64,000 nt of DNA from an uncultured Eubacteriales bacterium (lineage in GTDB: Bacteria; Actinomycetota; Coriobacteriia; Anaerosomatales; PHET01). The notes under the pieces are model-generated. The model searched no databases. It saw only the letters and a list, made by a program, of their open reading frames with translations, and was not told the DNA's origin. A program made the position numbers and the translations under genes. The DNA is taken from positions 8,173-72,172 of the forward strand of contig CAZCRB010000001.1 of the NCBI GenBank assembly GCA_964500985.1. The letters run 5' to 3'. Below are positions 9,039-17,600 of this stretch, piece by piece (within the stretch, counting starts at the first letter, position 1; each line of letters opens with the position of its first letter).

Positions 9039-9066
9039 TTGAGTAGTGACCTGCGAGCGTTACAAT
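9039..9066 (+). promoter_or_regulatory. putative sigma70-type promoter (TTGAGT-16 nt-TACAAT)
   Basis: -35 TTGAGT at 9039-9044 and -10 TACAAT at 9061-9066, about 40 nt upstream of the + strand STAS gene. Motif-only prediction. Confidence 0.4.
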
Positions 9067-9107
9067 CACTTTCACCGTCATCCGTAGGCGCAAGGAGCCA
9101 CGTGAGC

Positions 9108-9443
9108 ATGGAACTCGACATCAGAACCGAGCGTGATAACAGCGTGTGTGTGGTATCGCTCACCGGCGAGGTCGACGTCTACACGGCGCCGCGCCTCAAA
9201 GAAGAGCTCGTGTCGGTCATCGAGGGCGGTTGCGAGAACGTCATCGTCGACCTCGAGCAGGTGGGCTTCATCGACAGCTCCGGTCTCGGCGTGCTCGTGA
9301 GCGCACTGCGACGGGCCCGCGAGCGTGACGGCGTGGTGCGCGTGGTCTGCACTCGCGACAACATTCTCAAGATCTTCCGCATCACCGGCCTCGACAAGGT
9401 GTTCCCCATCTTCTCCGAGGTCTCAGAAGCCAAGCAGTTCTAG
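9108..9443 (+). CDS. STAS-domain protein (anti-sigma factor antagonist, SpoIIAA/RsbV-like)
   Basis: ATG at 9108 follows AAGGAG. Motifs LTGEVDVYTAPRLKEEL and FIDSSGLGVLVSALRRA are typical of SpoIIAA/RsbV. 111 aa. Confidence 0.8.
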   Translation: MELDIRTERDNSVCVVSLTGEVDVYTAPRLKEELVSVIEGGCENVIVDLEQVGFIDSSGLGVLVSALRRARERDGVVRVVCTRDNILKIFRITGLDKVFPIFSEVSEAKQF

Positions 9444-9522
9444 TCGCTCGGCTCCGGTGGCCGGTACCACCGGAGGCAGGCCGTGACCGGCCTGTCGAGC
9501 GTCACGAGGTAAAGGCGGGGTT

Positions 9523-9840
9523 GTGTTCGGAATAGGCGGCACCGAGCTCGCCATCATCGCGCTGTTCGCGTTCCTGATCTTCGGACCCGACAAGGTTCCG
9601 GAGTTGGCGCGTACGCTCGGTAAGGCGATGCGCACGTTCAAGCGCGCCCAGGAAGACATGGAGCGCGTGATCCGCAGCGAGATGTACTCGTCGGACTCCA
9701 AGCCCGCGACGCCCAACCCGTTGCTCACACCCAAAGACACCGAGGCAGTGGCCGACGAGAAGTCCGACGCCCCCTCCGCGGCGGCGCAGGCCATTTGGGC
9801 AGCCACCGACGAGGACGAGGAAGAGGAGGACGAGGAGTAG
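9523..9840 (+). CDS. tatA: twin-arginine translocase TatA/TatB family protein
   Basis: N-terminus FGIGGTELAIIALFAFLIFGPDKVPELARTLGKAMRTFK is the TatA/E signature. Acidic C-terminal tail. Confidence 0.85.
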   Translation: MFGIGGTELAIIALFAFLIFGPDKVPELARTLGKAMRTFKRAQEDMERVIRSEMYSSDSKPATPNPLLTPKDTEAVADEKSDAPSAAAQAIWAATDEDEEEEDEE

Positions 9841-9858
9841 CCCTCCTCGCCTGACACC

Positions 9859-10677
9859 ATGCCCATCACTCCCGCACGCATGCCATTCTTCGAGCATCTC
9901 GCCGAGCTGCGTCAGCGGCTCTTCATCGTCATCGGCGTGGTCGCCGTGGCGTCGCTCGCGCTCTACGGCTTCGCCTGGAACATCTACGACTTCGTGCTCG
10001 CGCCGGTCTTGCCCTACCTCAAAGACGCCGGCGTCACGCAGCTCAACGTGCTCGGTCCCTTTGGCGGGTTCACGCTGCGCTTCAAAGTCGCGATGTACGC
10101 GTCGCTCGTCGTCGCAAGCCCCATCATCATCTGGCAGACGATGGCGTTCTTCCTGCCGGCTCTCAAGCCCCGGGAGCGCCGCTACGTCGTGCCGACGTTC
10201 TTCTCGATGGTGGCGCTGTTCGCCGCCGGCATCGTGTTCTGCTATCTGATCGTCGAGCCGGCCGCGTTCCAGTGGATGATCGGCCAGGTGGACTCCACGA
10301 CGCTCGGAGTGCTTCCCGACGCCGCGTTGTGGTTCCAGGCGGTGACCCTGCTGCTCTTGGCGTTCGGCATCGGGTTTCAGCTGCCGGTCATCGTGTTCTA
10401 CCTGCTCATCTTCAACGTCATCTCGTACAAGAAGCTGCGGCAGAGCTGGCGGGTCGCCTACGTCATCATGATGTGTGTGGCCGCCGTGGCGACGCCGGAC
10501 TGGTCTCCCGTGACGATGGGCGCGCTGTTCGGTGCTCTCGTGCTGCTTTACGAGGCCAGCATGCTGCTCTCGCGGGCCGTACTCTCTCGCCGGATCCGCG
10601 CGCAGAAGCGCCGCGAGGAGCTCGAGGATCAGGGCCTCAGTCCGGAAGAGATCGAGCAGGCACTCGCAAAGGGGTAG
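9859..10677 (+). CDS. tatC: twin-arginine translocase subunit TatC
   Basis: 272 aa polytopic membrane protein with the TatC N-terminal motif (MPFFEHLAELRQRL) and about 6 TM segments. Confidence 0.9.
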   Translation: MPITPARMPFFEHLAELRQRLFIVIGVVAVASLALYGFAWNIYDFVLAPVLPYLKDAGVTQLNVLGPFGGFTLRFKVAMYASLVVASPIIIWQTMAFFLPALKPRERRYVVPTFFSMVALFAAGIVFCYLIVEPAAFQWMIGQVDSTTLGVLPDAALWFQAVTLLLLAFGIGFQLPVIVFYLLIFNVISYKKLRQSWRVAYVIMMCVAAVATPDWSPVTMGALFGALVLLYEASMLLSRAVLSRRIRAQKRREELEDQGLSPEEIEQALAKG

Positions 10678-10680
10678 TTC

Positions 10681-11064
10681 ATGCACGAGATGGGCATCAC
10701 GCAAGGAATCCTCGACGCCTCGATCGAAGCGGCCCAGAACGCGGGCGGCGTGCGTATCACCGAGATCCGGGTGAGCGTGGGTGAGCTCACCGAGGTCGTC
10801 GAGTATGCCCTCCAGTTCGCTTTCGACGCGCTGACGCCGGACACCATGGCCGAGGGCGCGGTCCTGACCGTGAACATGATCCCGGCGCGCTCGCGCTGCA
10901 ATGACTGCGGGACCGAGTACGACCACGACCGGTTCCAGATGGTGTGCCCCCAGTGTGACTCCTTCAACATCACGCTGCTTCAGGGGCGCGAGCTTCAGAT
11001 CGACTCGATTGAGACAGACGACGAGGCCGAGGGCGAGAGTTCGCCTGCGGCCACGGAGGAGTGA
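10681..11064 (+). CDS. hypA: hydrogenase nickel insertion protein HypA
   Basis: MHEMGITQGIL N-terminus and a CxxC...CxxC zinc site (CNDCG ... CPQCDS). 127 aa. Confidence 0.9.
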   Translation: MHEMGITQGILDASIEAAQNAGGVRITEIRVSVGELTEVVEYALQFAFDALTPDTMAEGAVLTVNMIPARSRCNDCGTEYDHDRFQMVCPQCDSFNITLLQGRELQIDSIETDDEAEGESSPAATEE

Positions 11065-11750
11065 AGCGCATGGCCACGATCGACCTCTCCAAGCCCATAC
11101 TCGACAAGAACGAGAAGCTCGCCGCGACCAACCGGACCGTCTTTGACGAGAAGGGCGTCTTCGTCCTCGACCTGATGGCGAGCCCCGGCGCCGGCAAGAC
11201 CTCGACGATCCTTGCCACCATCGCCGCGCTGCGCGAACGCTACGGCATCGCGGTCATCGAAGGCGACATCGCGAGCAAGGTCGACGCCGAGAAGGTCAAG
11301 GCGCACGGCATCCCCGCTGTCCAGATCAACACCGGGGGAGCGTGTCACCTCGAAAGCGACATGATCCAGCGCGCGGTCGCGGCACTGGATCTGGACACGC
11401 TCGACCTCATCATCATCGAGAACGTCGGCAACCTCGTGTGTCCCACCGAGTTCTATCTCGGCGAGCACGCCAAGGTCATGATCCTGTCGGTGCCGGAGGG
11501 CCATGACAAGCCGTACAAGTATCCCGGCATCTTCCAGATCTCCGAGGCCGTCATCCTCAACAAGGTCGACACCATGCCGGTGTTCGACTTCGACGAGCCG
11601 GAGTTCGACGGCGTGGTCCGCTCGCTGAACCCGCAGGCGCCGATCTTCAAGATGAGCGCGACCAAGGGCGAGGGCGTGGACGCGTGGGCCGAGTGGCTCG
11701 CGCAGCGCATCGAGACGGTGCGCGTGGCGGCGGGCAAGGACCCCAAGTGA
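11061..11750 (+). CDS. hypB: hydrogenase nickel incorporation GTPase HypB
   Basis: Overlaps the hypA stop by 4 nt. P-loop SPGAGKTS, CH motif (GACHLE) and ENVGNLVCP are typical of HypB. Confidence 0.9.
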   Translation: MKRMATIDLSKPILDKNEKLAATNRTVFDEKGVFVLDLMASPGAGKTSTILATIAALRERYGIAVIEGDIASKVDAEKVKAHGIPAVQINTGGACHLESDMIQRAVAALDLDTLDLIIIENVGNLVCPTEFYLGEHAKVMILSVPEGHDKPYKYPGIFQISEAVILNKVDTMPVFDFDEPEFDGVVRSLNPQAPIFKMSATKGEGVDAWAEWLAQRIETVRVAAGKDPK

Positions 11751-12301
11751 TCTCCCGGGACGAGGCGTTCGCGCTCGTCGCCGAGCGCGTTGCCCAGCCC
11801 AACCTCGTCAATCACTGCGTCGCGACCGAGATCATCATGCGCGCCCTTGCCGAGCGCCTCGGCCTCGACGCCGACACGGCCGCGCGCTGGGCGCTCGCCG
11901 GTCTGCTGCACGATCTCGACTACGCCGAGACCGCCGATGACCCGGCGCGCCACGGGCTGGTGTCCGCCGCCGAGCTCGAGGGCATGATCGACCCCGAGAT
12001 GATCCACGCGATCCTCGCGCATGCCGACAAGGCCGAGCGCGAGACGCAGATGGACCACGCGCTGTGGTGCGCCGACCCGACGACCGGCTTCATCGTCGCG
12101 GCCGCCCTCGTGCGCCCCGACAAGGACCTCGCCGGCGTCGAGGTGCGCAGCCTCAAGAAGCGCTGGAAGGAGAAGTCCTTCGCCCGCGGCGCCTCCCGTG
12201 ACCAGATGGCGGGACACGAGATGCTCGGCCTCGATCGCGAGGAGTTCCTCGCGCTCTCACTTTCGGCGATGCAGGCGCGCGCGTCCGAGATCGGTCTCTG
12301 A
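11747..12301 (+). CDS. HD-domain metal-dependent phosphohydrolase
   Basis: The GTG start overlaps the hypB stop (GTGA). Has H...HD motifs (NHCVATE ... LLHDLDY ... HA). About 184 aa. Confidence 0.7.
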   Translation: MISRDEAFALVAERVAQPNLVNHCVATEIIMRALAERLGLDADTAARWALAGLLHDLDYAETADDPARHGLVSAAELEGMIDPEMIHAILAHADKAERETQMDHALWCADPTTGFIVAAALVRPDKDLAGVEVRSLKKRWKEKSFARGASRDQMAGHEMLGLDREEFLALSLSAMQARASEIGL

Positions 12302-12420
12302 CCCAAGACGCAGCCCACCCCTTCGGGGTGCGTGGCTCGCGGCTCCCCGGTTGCGCGGTGGGGTTGACGGCCGTGTGTATACTCGGCTCCAACAATCGAC
12401 CGCCGCATGGAGGCGCCACT

Positions 12421-14922
12421 TTGAAGCTCGTCGTCACCGAGAAGAACATCGCCGCGAAGAAGCTCGCGGAGATCCTCGCCACCGGTAAGCCCAAGACCGG
12501 CAAGGTCTACAACACGCCCATCTACGAGTTCCGCCGCGACGGCGAGGACTGGGTGTCGGTGGGTCTCAAGGGCCACATCCTCGGCGTGGACTTTCCGCTG
12601 CAGCTCGTGTTCGACGGCGGATGGAAGGCGGTGTGGGAGGAGGGCGCGGCCACGCCCGCGACGATCCCCGCGACGCTCGCCACTCCGCCGTGGCCCAAGA
12701 AGAAGCCCTTCACCGTCGACGGTGTCGACCTGAAGACTTGGAAGCTCGCATCGCTGCCGTACCTCGTCTACGCGCCGGTCGGCAAGACGCCCGCCGAGCG
12801 CGAGCTCATCCGGGCCTTGAAGAACCTCGCCAAGAAGGCCGACGAGATCATCATCGCGACCGACTTCGACCGCGAGGGCGAGCTCATCGGCTCGGACGCG
12901 CGCGGACTGGTGCGCGAGGTCAACAAGAACGCGCCGATCCACCGTGCCCGTTTCTCGGCCATCACGCGCGACGAGATCGAACGCGCCTTCTCCGAGCTGG
13001 CGACCGTCGACGACTGCCTCGCCCAGGCGGGCGAGTCGCGCCAGGACATCGACCTGGTCTGGGGTGCCGTGCTGACGCGCTACCTGACCATGGCCAAGTA
13101 CTCGGGCTTCGGCAACGTCAAGTCCGCGGGACGCGTGCAGACGCCTACCCTCGCGCTGGTCGTCGAGCGCGAGCGGGAGCGCGAGGCGTTCAACCCTGAG
13201 ACGTACTGGCAGATCAAAGCGCGCATGGAGGGTGCCGGCGAGGAGTTCGGCGCCGCGCATGCCGTCGACCGCTTCAAGGTCGAGGCGCAGGCCGCCAAGG
13301 CGATGGCGGCGATCGAGGGCGCGACCCGCGGGCAGGTCACCGAGATCACCAAGGCCCAGCGCAAGGCGCAGCCGCCCACGCCGTTCAACACGACCGCGTT
13401 GCAGGCGGCCGCCGCCTCCGAGGGTCTCTCGCCTGCTCGCACGATGCGCATCGCCGAGTCGCTCTACATGAACGGACTCATCAGCTACCCGCGTGTGGAC
13501 AACACCGTCTACCCGGCTTCGCTCGATTTGCGCTCGATCGTGTCCACGCTGGCCGAGGTGCCTGTGTATCGCGAGTTCGCCAACGGGCTGCTCAAGCAAG
13601 GGGCGCTCACGGCGACGCGCGGCAAGAAGGAGACGACCGACCACCCGCCGATCCACCCGACAGGCGCGGGCGACCCCGAGAAGATGAAGCCCGAGGAGTA
13701 CAAGCTCTACAACCTCGTGGCGCGCCGCTTCCTCGCCACCCTCTCGGGGCCCGCGACCATCGAGGGCACCAAGGTCACGATCGACGTCGCGGGCGAGCCG
13801 TTCGTGACCAAGGGCGACGTGCTCGTCTCGGCCGGATACCGGGCGATCTACCCGTACGGCCTGAAGAAGGACGAGCAGCTTCCGGCCCTCGAGCAGGGCC
13901 AAGAGGTCGCATTCCTCGGCGCGGAGCTCCTGGAGAAGCAGACCGAGCCGCCCAAGCGCTACAGCCAGGGTGCGCTCATCCAGGAGATGGAGAAGCGCGG
14001 ACTGGGGACCAAGGCGACCCGGCACGCGATCATCGAGCGCCTTTACGAGGTCCGCTACGCCGTCAACGACCCGCTCGAGCCGACCTGCCTCGGCCGTGCG
14101 GTCATCGACGCGCTCACCCAGTACGCGCCGCGCATCACCACTCCGGACATGACCGCCGAGCTCGAGGCCGAGATGGACGCCATCGCCAACGGCCGCAGCG
14201 AGCGGATCGACGTCGTCAATCACTCTCGCGACCTGCTCGCCAAGATCATGGGCGACCTGATACCGCAGGCCGCGGAGCTCGGCGAGATGCTCAAGGGGGC
14301 CACGGCGGAGGATGCCAAGGTCGGCGTCTGCCCCAAGTCCGGACACGACCTGCTCGTGAAGTCGTCGGCCAAGACGCGCGGTCAGTTCGTGGGCTGCTCG
14401 GGCTGGCCGGACTGCGACGTCACCTACCCACTGCCACAGGGCAAGATCGAGGCGAACCCAGAGATGTGCCCGGTGTGCGGCACCCCTCAGGTCACCGTGA
14501 TCCAGTTCCGCTCGAAGCCGCGCACCATGTGTCTTGACCCGGCATGCGAGACCAACAAGGAGCCCGAGATCGTGATCGGGCAGTGCGCCAAGTGCGCCGC
14601 CGAGGGTCGTGCCGGCGGGGACCTCATCGTGCGCAAGTCGCCCAGGACGCTCAAGCGGTTCGTCCGCTGCGCCAACTACGACGAGTGCGGCGTGAGCTAC
14701 CCGCTGCCGCAGCGCGGCGCGATCGAGGCGACGGGCGACACGTGCGAGCCGTGCGGGGCGCCGGTCGTCATCGTGCAGACGGTGCGTGGGCCGTGGCGCG
14801 TGTGTGTCGACCCCAACTGTCCCGGCAAGGATGCCGACAAGGCCAAGAAGCCGGCGGCCAAGGGCAAGGCGGGCGCCAAGAAGACCACCCGCAAGACCAC
14901 CCGCAAGCCCGCCGCGGGCTAG
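12421..14922 (+). CDS. topA: type IA DNA topoisomerase with C-terminal zinc fingers (archaeal/Topo III-like N-terminus)
   Basis: TTG at 12421 lies 6 nt after GGAGG. Toprim start KLVVTEKNIAAKKLAEIL, DxD (ATDFDREGE), active-site region GLISYPRVDN, and four C-terminal Cys4-type fingers. Confidence 0.85.
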   Translation: MKLVVTEKNIAAKKLAEILATGKPKTGKVYNTPIYEFRRDGEDWVSVGLKGHILGVDFPLQLVFDGGWKAVWEEGAATPATIPATLATPPWPKKKPFTVDGVDLKTWKLASLPYLVYAPVGKTPAERELIRALKNLAKKADEIIIATDFDREGELIGSDARGLVREVNKNAPIHRARFSAITRDEIERAFSELATVDDCLAQAGESRQDIDLVWGAVLTRYLTMAKYSGFGNVKSAGRVQTPTLALVVEREREREAFNPETYWQIKARMEGAGEEFGAAHAVDRFKVEAQAAKAMAAIEGATRGQVTEITKAQRKAQPPTPFNTTALQAAAASEGLSPARTMRIAESLYMNGLISYPRVDNTVYPASLDLRSIVSTLAEVPVYREFANGLLKQGALTATRGKKETTDHPPIHPTGAGDPEKMKPEEYKLYNLVARRFLATLSGPATIEGTKVTIDVAGEPFVTKGDVLVSAGYRAIYPYGLKKDEQLPALEQGQEVAFLGAELLEKQTEPPKRYSQGALIQEMEKRGLGTKATRHAIIERLYEVRYAVNDPLEPTCLGRAVIDALTQYAPRITTPDMTAELEAEMDAIANGRSERIDVVNHSRDLLAKIMGDLIPQAAELGEMLKGATAEDAKVGVCPKSGHDLLVKSSAKTRGQFVGCSGWPDCDVTYPLPQGKIEANPEMCPVCGTPQVTVIQFRSKPRTMCLDPACETNKEPEIVIGQCAKCAAEGRAGGDLIVRKSPRTLKRFVRCANYDECGVSYPLPQRGAIEATGDTCEPCGAPVVIVQTVRGPWRVCVDPNCPGKDADKAKKPAAKGKAGAKKTTRKTTRKPAAG

Positions 14923-15018
14923 TCGCGCACCGCGCGCAGCGCCCAGAATCGGCGTGTGAGCGCCGACGCGCGGTCGGGCAAGTACTGGACTGTCGGATGC
15001 CGCAACAGAGGAGCCGTC

Positions 15019-15708
15019 GTGAAGATCGCCGTGGTTCAGCACGCCCAGCGCGCGAATGCGTCCGCTGACGCCGAGGGCCTGTTCTCGGCCGCTCAGGCCG
15101 CCGCGTCCGCCGGAGGCGAGTTCGTCGTGATGCCGGAGGTCTTCTCCCTGCACGGCGACCCGGCGCGCGACGCCCTCTACGAGCGTCTCGGCGAGCTCGA
15201 CGGCATGCGCTTCATCCCGCACGTGGGCCGGCAGACGCAGGCGTTCGCCTATCTCGCCGACCACCTCGAGGGGCTCGAGCAGCTCGGACGGGTGGCGCTC
15301 GTGGTCGGGGACGCCGTCATGGACCCGGCGGAGCTCGAGCGCATCGCCGAGAACCCGCCCTCCGTGCTCCTGCTCGCCCCGCGCTCCGAGAGCGACCTGC
15401 AGGCCGAGGCCGTCCTCGAGCTCGCGATCGCGCTCTCCGAGTCGGTGGCGGGGCTCGTCGTCATCTCCGAGACCTCGGGAGCCGAACCCGGTGAGCCCGG
15501 GCATGGGGGCAGCGCCATCGTGCTGCTCGGCGAAGTGGTTGCCGAGGCGCTGGCGCCCGACGACGTCCTCGTGATCGACGTGCCCGTGCCGGTGCCGGTG
15601 CCCGAGCCACGCGAGCCGCTCCCGCCGGTGCCGCCGATCCTGCTGCAGCGCCTCGCGAGCCACCACGGCGAGAAGGTGCCGACGGACTATCCTGCCGACC
15701 TCTCCTGA
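15019..15708 (+). CDS. hypothetical protein, carbon-nitrogen hydrolase-like but lacking the catalytic Cys/Lys
   Basis: GTG at 15019 follows AGAGGAG. KIAVVQ, VVMPEVF and HGGSAIV resemble nitrilase-superfamily blocks. The protein contains no cysteine at all and no central lysine. The C-terminus is Pro-rich (VPVPVPVPEPREPLPPVPP). Confidence 0.45.
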   Translation: MKIAVVQHAQRANASADAEGLFSAAQAAASAGGEFVVMPEVFSLHGDPARDALYERLGELDGMRFIPHVGRQTQAFAYLADHLEGLEQLGRVALVVGDAVMDPAELERIAENPPSVLLLAPRSESDLQAEAVLELAIALSESVAGLVVISETSGAEPGEPGHGGSAIVLLGEVVAEALAPDDVLVIDVPVPVPVPEPREPLPPVPPILLQRLASHHGEKVPTDYPADLS

Positions 15709-15753
15709 GCGCGCTGCTCGACCGGTCGGCACCGCCGTCGGAGCGTGTCTGCG

Positions 15754-15762
15754 TGATAGAAT
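15754..15762 (+). promoter_or_regulatory. putative extended -10 promoter element (TGaTAGAAT)
   Basis: Lies 59 nt upstream of the mdh ATG and is followed by a perfect 8-bp GC hairpin (15777-15796, GCGCCCCG-tccg-CGGGGCGC) in the leader. Motif-only prediction. Confidence 0.35.
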
Positions 15763-15820
15763 CCGAGTGAATCCATGCGCCCCGTCCGCGGGGCGCTCGC
15801 ACATCCGCGAGAGGGGATCC

Positions 15821-16756
15821 ATGGCATACCCTAAGGTCACCGTTGTCGGTGCCGGCCAGGTCGGCGCGACCGCAGCCCAGCTGCTCGTACTCCACGATGT
15901 CGCTGACGTCGTCATGATCGATGTGGCAGAGGGGATGCCCCAGGGCAAGGCCCTCGATCTGATGCACCTGCGTTCGGTCGAGAAGTTCGGCCCCACCGTC
16001 ACCGGCACGAACGACTACGCCGACACCGCGGGATCCGACGTGGTGGTGATCACCGCCGGGCTGCCCCGCAAGCCTGGTATGACGCGCGACGACCTGCTCG
16101 CCGCCAACAGCGGCATCATGCGTTCGGTCATCTCGCAGGCCGCCGCGCAGTCGCCTGACGCGATCTTCGTGTGCGTGACCAACCCGCTCGACATCATGAC
16201 CTACCTCGCGTTCAAGGAGTCCGGCCTGCCGGCCGAGCGGGTCATCGGCATGGGCGGCGTGCTCGACTCCGCGCGTTTCGCCTTCGCCGTGGCCGAGAAG
16301 ACCGGTGCGAGCATCACCGACATCGACGCGCTCGCGATGGGAGCGCATGGCGACGCCATGGTGCCGATGCCGCGCTTCACGACGATCAAGGGGACGCCGA
16401 TCACCGAGACGCTGCCCGCCGAAGACGTCGCGGCGCTCGTCGAGCGCACGACCTTTGGCGGCGCGGAGGTCGTCGCGCTGCTCAAGACCGGCTCGGCGTT
16501 CTACGCGCCGGCCGGCTCGATCGTCGCGATGGTGCGCGCGATCCTCGGTGACACGGGCGAGACGCTGCCGAGCTGCGTCTACCTGCGCGGGGAGTACGGC
16601 ATCGAGGACGTCTACCTCTCGGTGCCCGCTCGACTCGGACGCTCTGGCCTCATCGAGGTCGTGGAACTCGATTTCGACGAGACCGAGCTGGCCGCCCTGA
16701 GAGCGTCGGCCGCCACCGTTGCCGAGTCGCTCGACGCGCTCGACCTGCGCGGGTAG
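15821..16756 (+). CDS. mdh: malate dehydrogenase (LDH-like family)
   Basis: Trimmed to the ATG at 15821 (MAYPKVTVVGAGQVGAT). GLPRKPGMTRDDLL, with Arg at the substrate-discriminating position, is typical of MDH rather than LDH. Confidence 0.9.
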   Translation: MAYPKVTVVGAGQVGATAAQLLVLHDVADVVMIDVAEGMPQGKALDLMHLRSVEKFGPTVTGTNDYADTAGSDVVVITAGLPRKPGMTRDDLLAANSGIMRSVISQAAAQSPDAIFVCVTNPLDIMTYLAFKESGLPAERVIGMGGVLDSARFAFAVAEKTGASITDIDALAMGAHGDAMVPMPRFTTIKGTPITETLPAEDVAALVERTTFGGAEVVALLKTGSAFYAPAGSIVAMVRAILGDTGETLPSCVYLRGEYGIEDVYLSVPARLGRSGLIEVVELDFDETELAALRASAATVAESLDALDLRG

Positions 16757-16757
16757 C

Positions 16758-17600
16758 GTGGTTCGGGCCTCACGCATAGCCGAGGCGGTGCGCGAGCTCG
16801 TGCCGCGTGCCGCGTGCGAGCTGCGCGCCGACGTCGCTGCCGCGCTGTCGGCCGCCGCGCTGGCCGAGCGCTCAGAGCGTGGTCGCGCCGTGCTCGAGCA
16901 GCTCGTCGCGAACGCGCGCATCGCCGATGCGGAGCGCGTCCCCGTCTGCCAAGACACCGGCACGGTGTGGGTCAGGGTCGAGCTCGGCCCCGACGAGTCG
17001 CTCGAGGGCGACGTCCAGGCCGAGGTCGATGCCGCAGTGGCCGCCGCCTATCGGGAGGCGGGCCTGCGGATGTCGTTGGTCAAAGACGCCCTGCTCGACC
17101 GCTCCAACACCGGAGACAACACGCCTGCCTTCGTCGAGATCGCCTGGCGCGAGCGACCGGGCGCGACCGTTCACGTCATGCTCAAGGGCGGCGGGAGCGA
17201 CAACGCGAGCCGCGTCGAGATGCTGCCGCCGGGTGCCGGGTTCGCGGGCGTGCGCAGCCTCGTTCTCGAGACCATCGAGGCCAAGGCGACCGGCGCGTGC
17301 CCGCCGCTGCTGGTCGGTGTAGGCGTCGGCGCCACGTTCGACAAGGTCGGGGCGCTCGCCAAAAGGGCGCTCCTGCGCGAGATCGGCTCGGTGCCGCCGC
17401 ACGAGCGGCTCGCTCCTCTTGAGGCCGAGCTGCTCGCGGCGATCAATGCGACCGGTATCGGTCCGGCGGGTCTGGGTGGCGACACCACGGCGCTTGCGGT
17501 GCATCTCGCGACCGCGCCGTGCCACATCGCGGCCCTGCCCGTGGCGGTCAACCTCGGCTGCTGTGCGGTCCGCACGGCATCGGCGGAGGTGGGCGCGTGA
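16758..17600 (+). CDS. Fe-S hydro-lyase alpha subunit (class I fumarate hydratase / tartrate dehydratase family)
   Basis: GTG lies 2 nt after the mdh stop. VPVCQDTGTVWV and MLKGGGSDN motifs belong to the class I fumarase N-terminal domain. Confidence 0.85.
   Translation: MVRASRIAEAVRELVPRAACELRADVAAALSAAALAERSERGRAVLEQLVANARIADAERVPVCQDTGTVWVRVELGPDESLEGDVQAEVDAAVAAAYREAGLRMSLVKDALLDRSNTGDNTPAFVEIAWRERPGATVHVMLKGGGSDNASRVEMLPPGAGFAGVRSLVLETIEAKATGACPPLLVGVGVGATFDKVGALAKRALLREIGSVPPHERLAPLEAELLAAINATGIGPAGLGGDTTALAVHLATAPCHIAALPVAVNLGCCAVRTASAEVGA

Noticed and set aside
8940-9107. ORF-track extensions of both STAS genes across their shared intergenic region (8940..9443 on + and 8606..9163 on -).
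   Set aside because: The extended parts overlap each other and the promoter region and have atypical composition. Both STAS domains start at internal ATGs with good RBS sequences.
12364-12383. TTGACG and TATACT hexamers upstream of the topoisomerase gene.
   Set aside because: Only 8 nt separate them, so they cannot be the -35 and -10 of one sigma70-type promoter. TATACT alone may be a -10, but it lacks a correctly placed TGn.
11920-16008. A 1362-aa minus-strand ORF. Similar very long antisense ORFs occur at 3004..4992, 21136..22965, 26991..29489, 30155..32146, 32234..34351, 34810..36600, 38449..40575, 41838..44000, 52696..54051 and 60474..63098.
   Set aside because: Each lies exactly antisense to well-supported + strand genes with clear family motifs. 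Their translations are R/G/A/D/L/V/H-rich with no motifs, as expected for stop-poor antisense frames in very GC-rich DNA. They span several unrelated sense genes.
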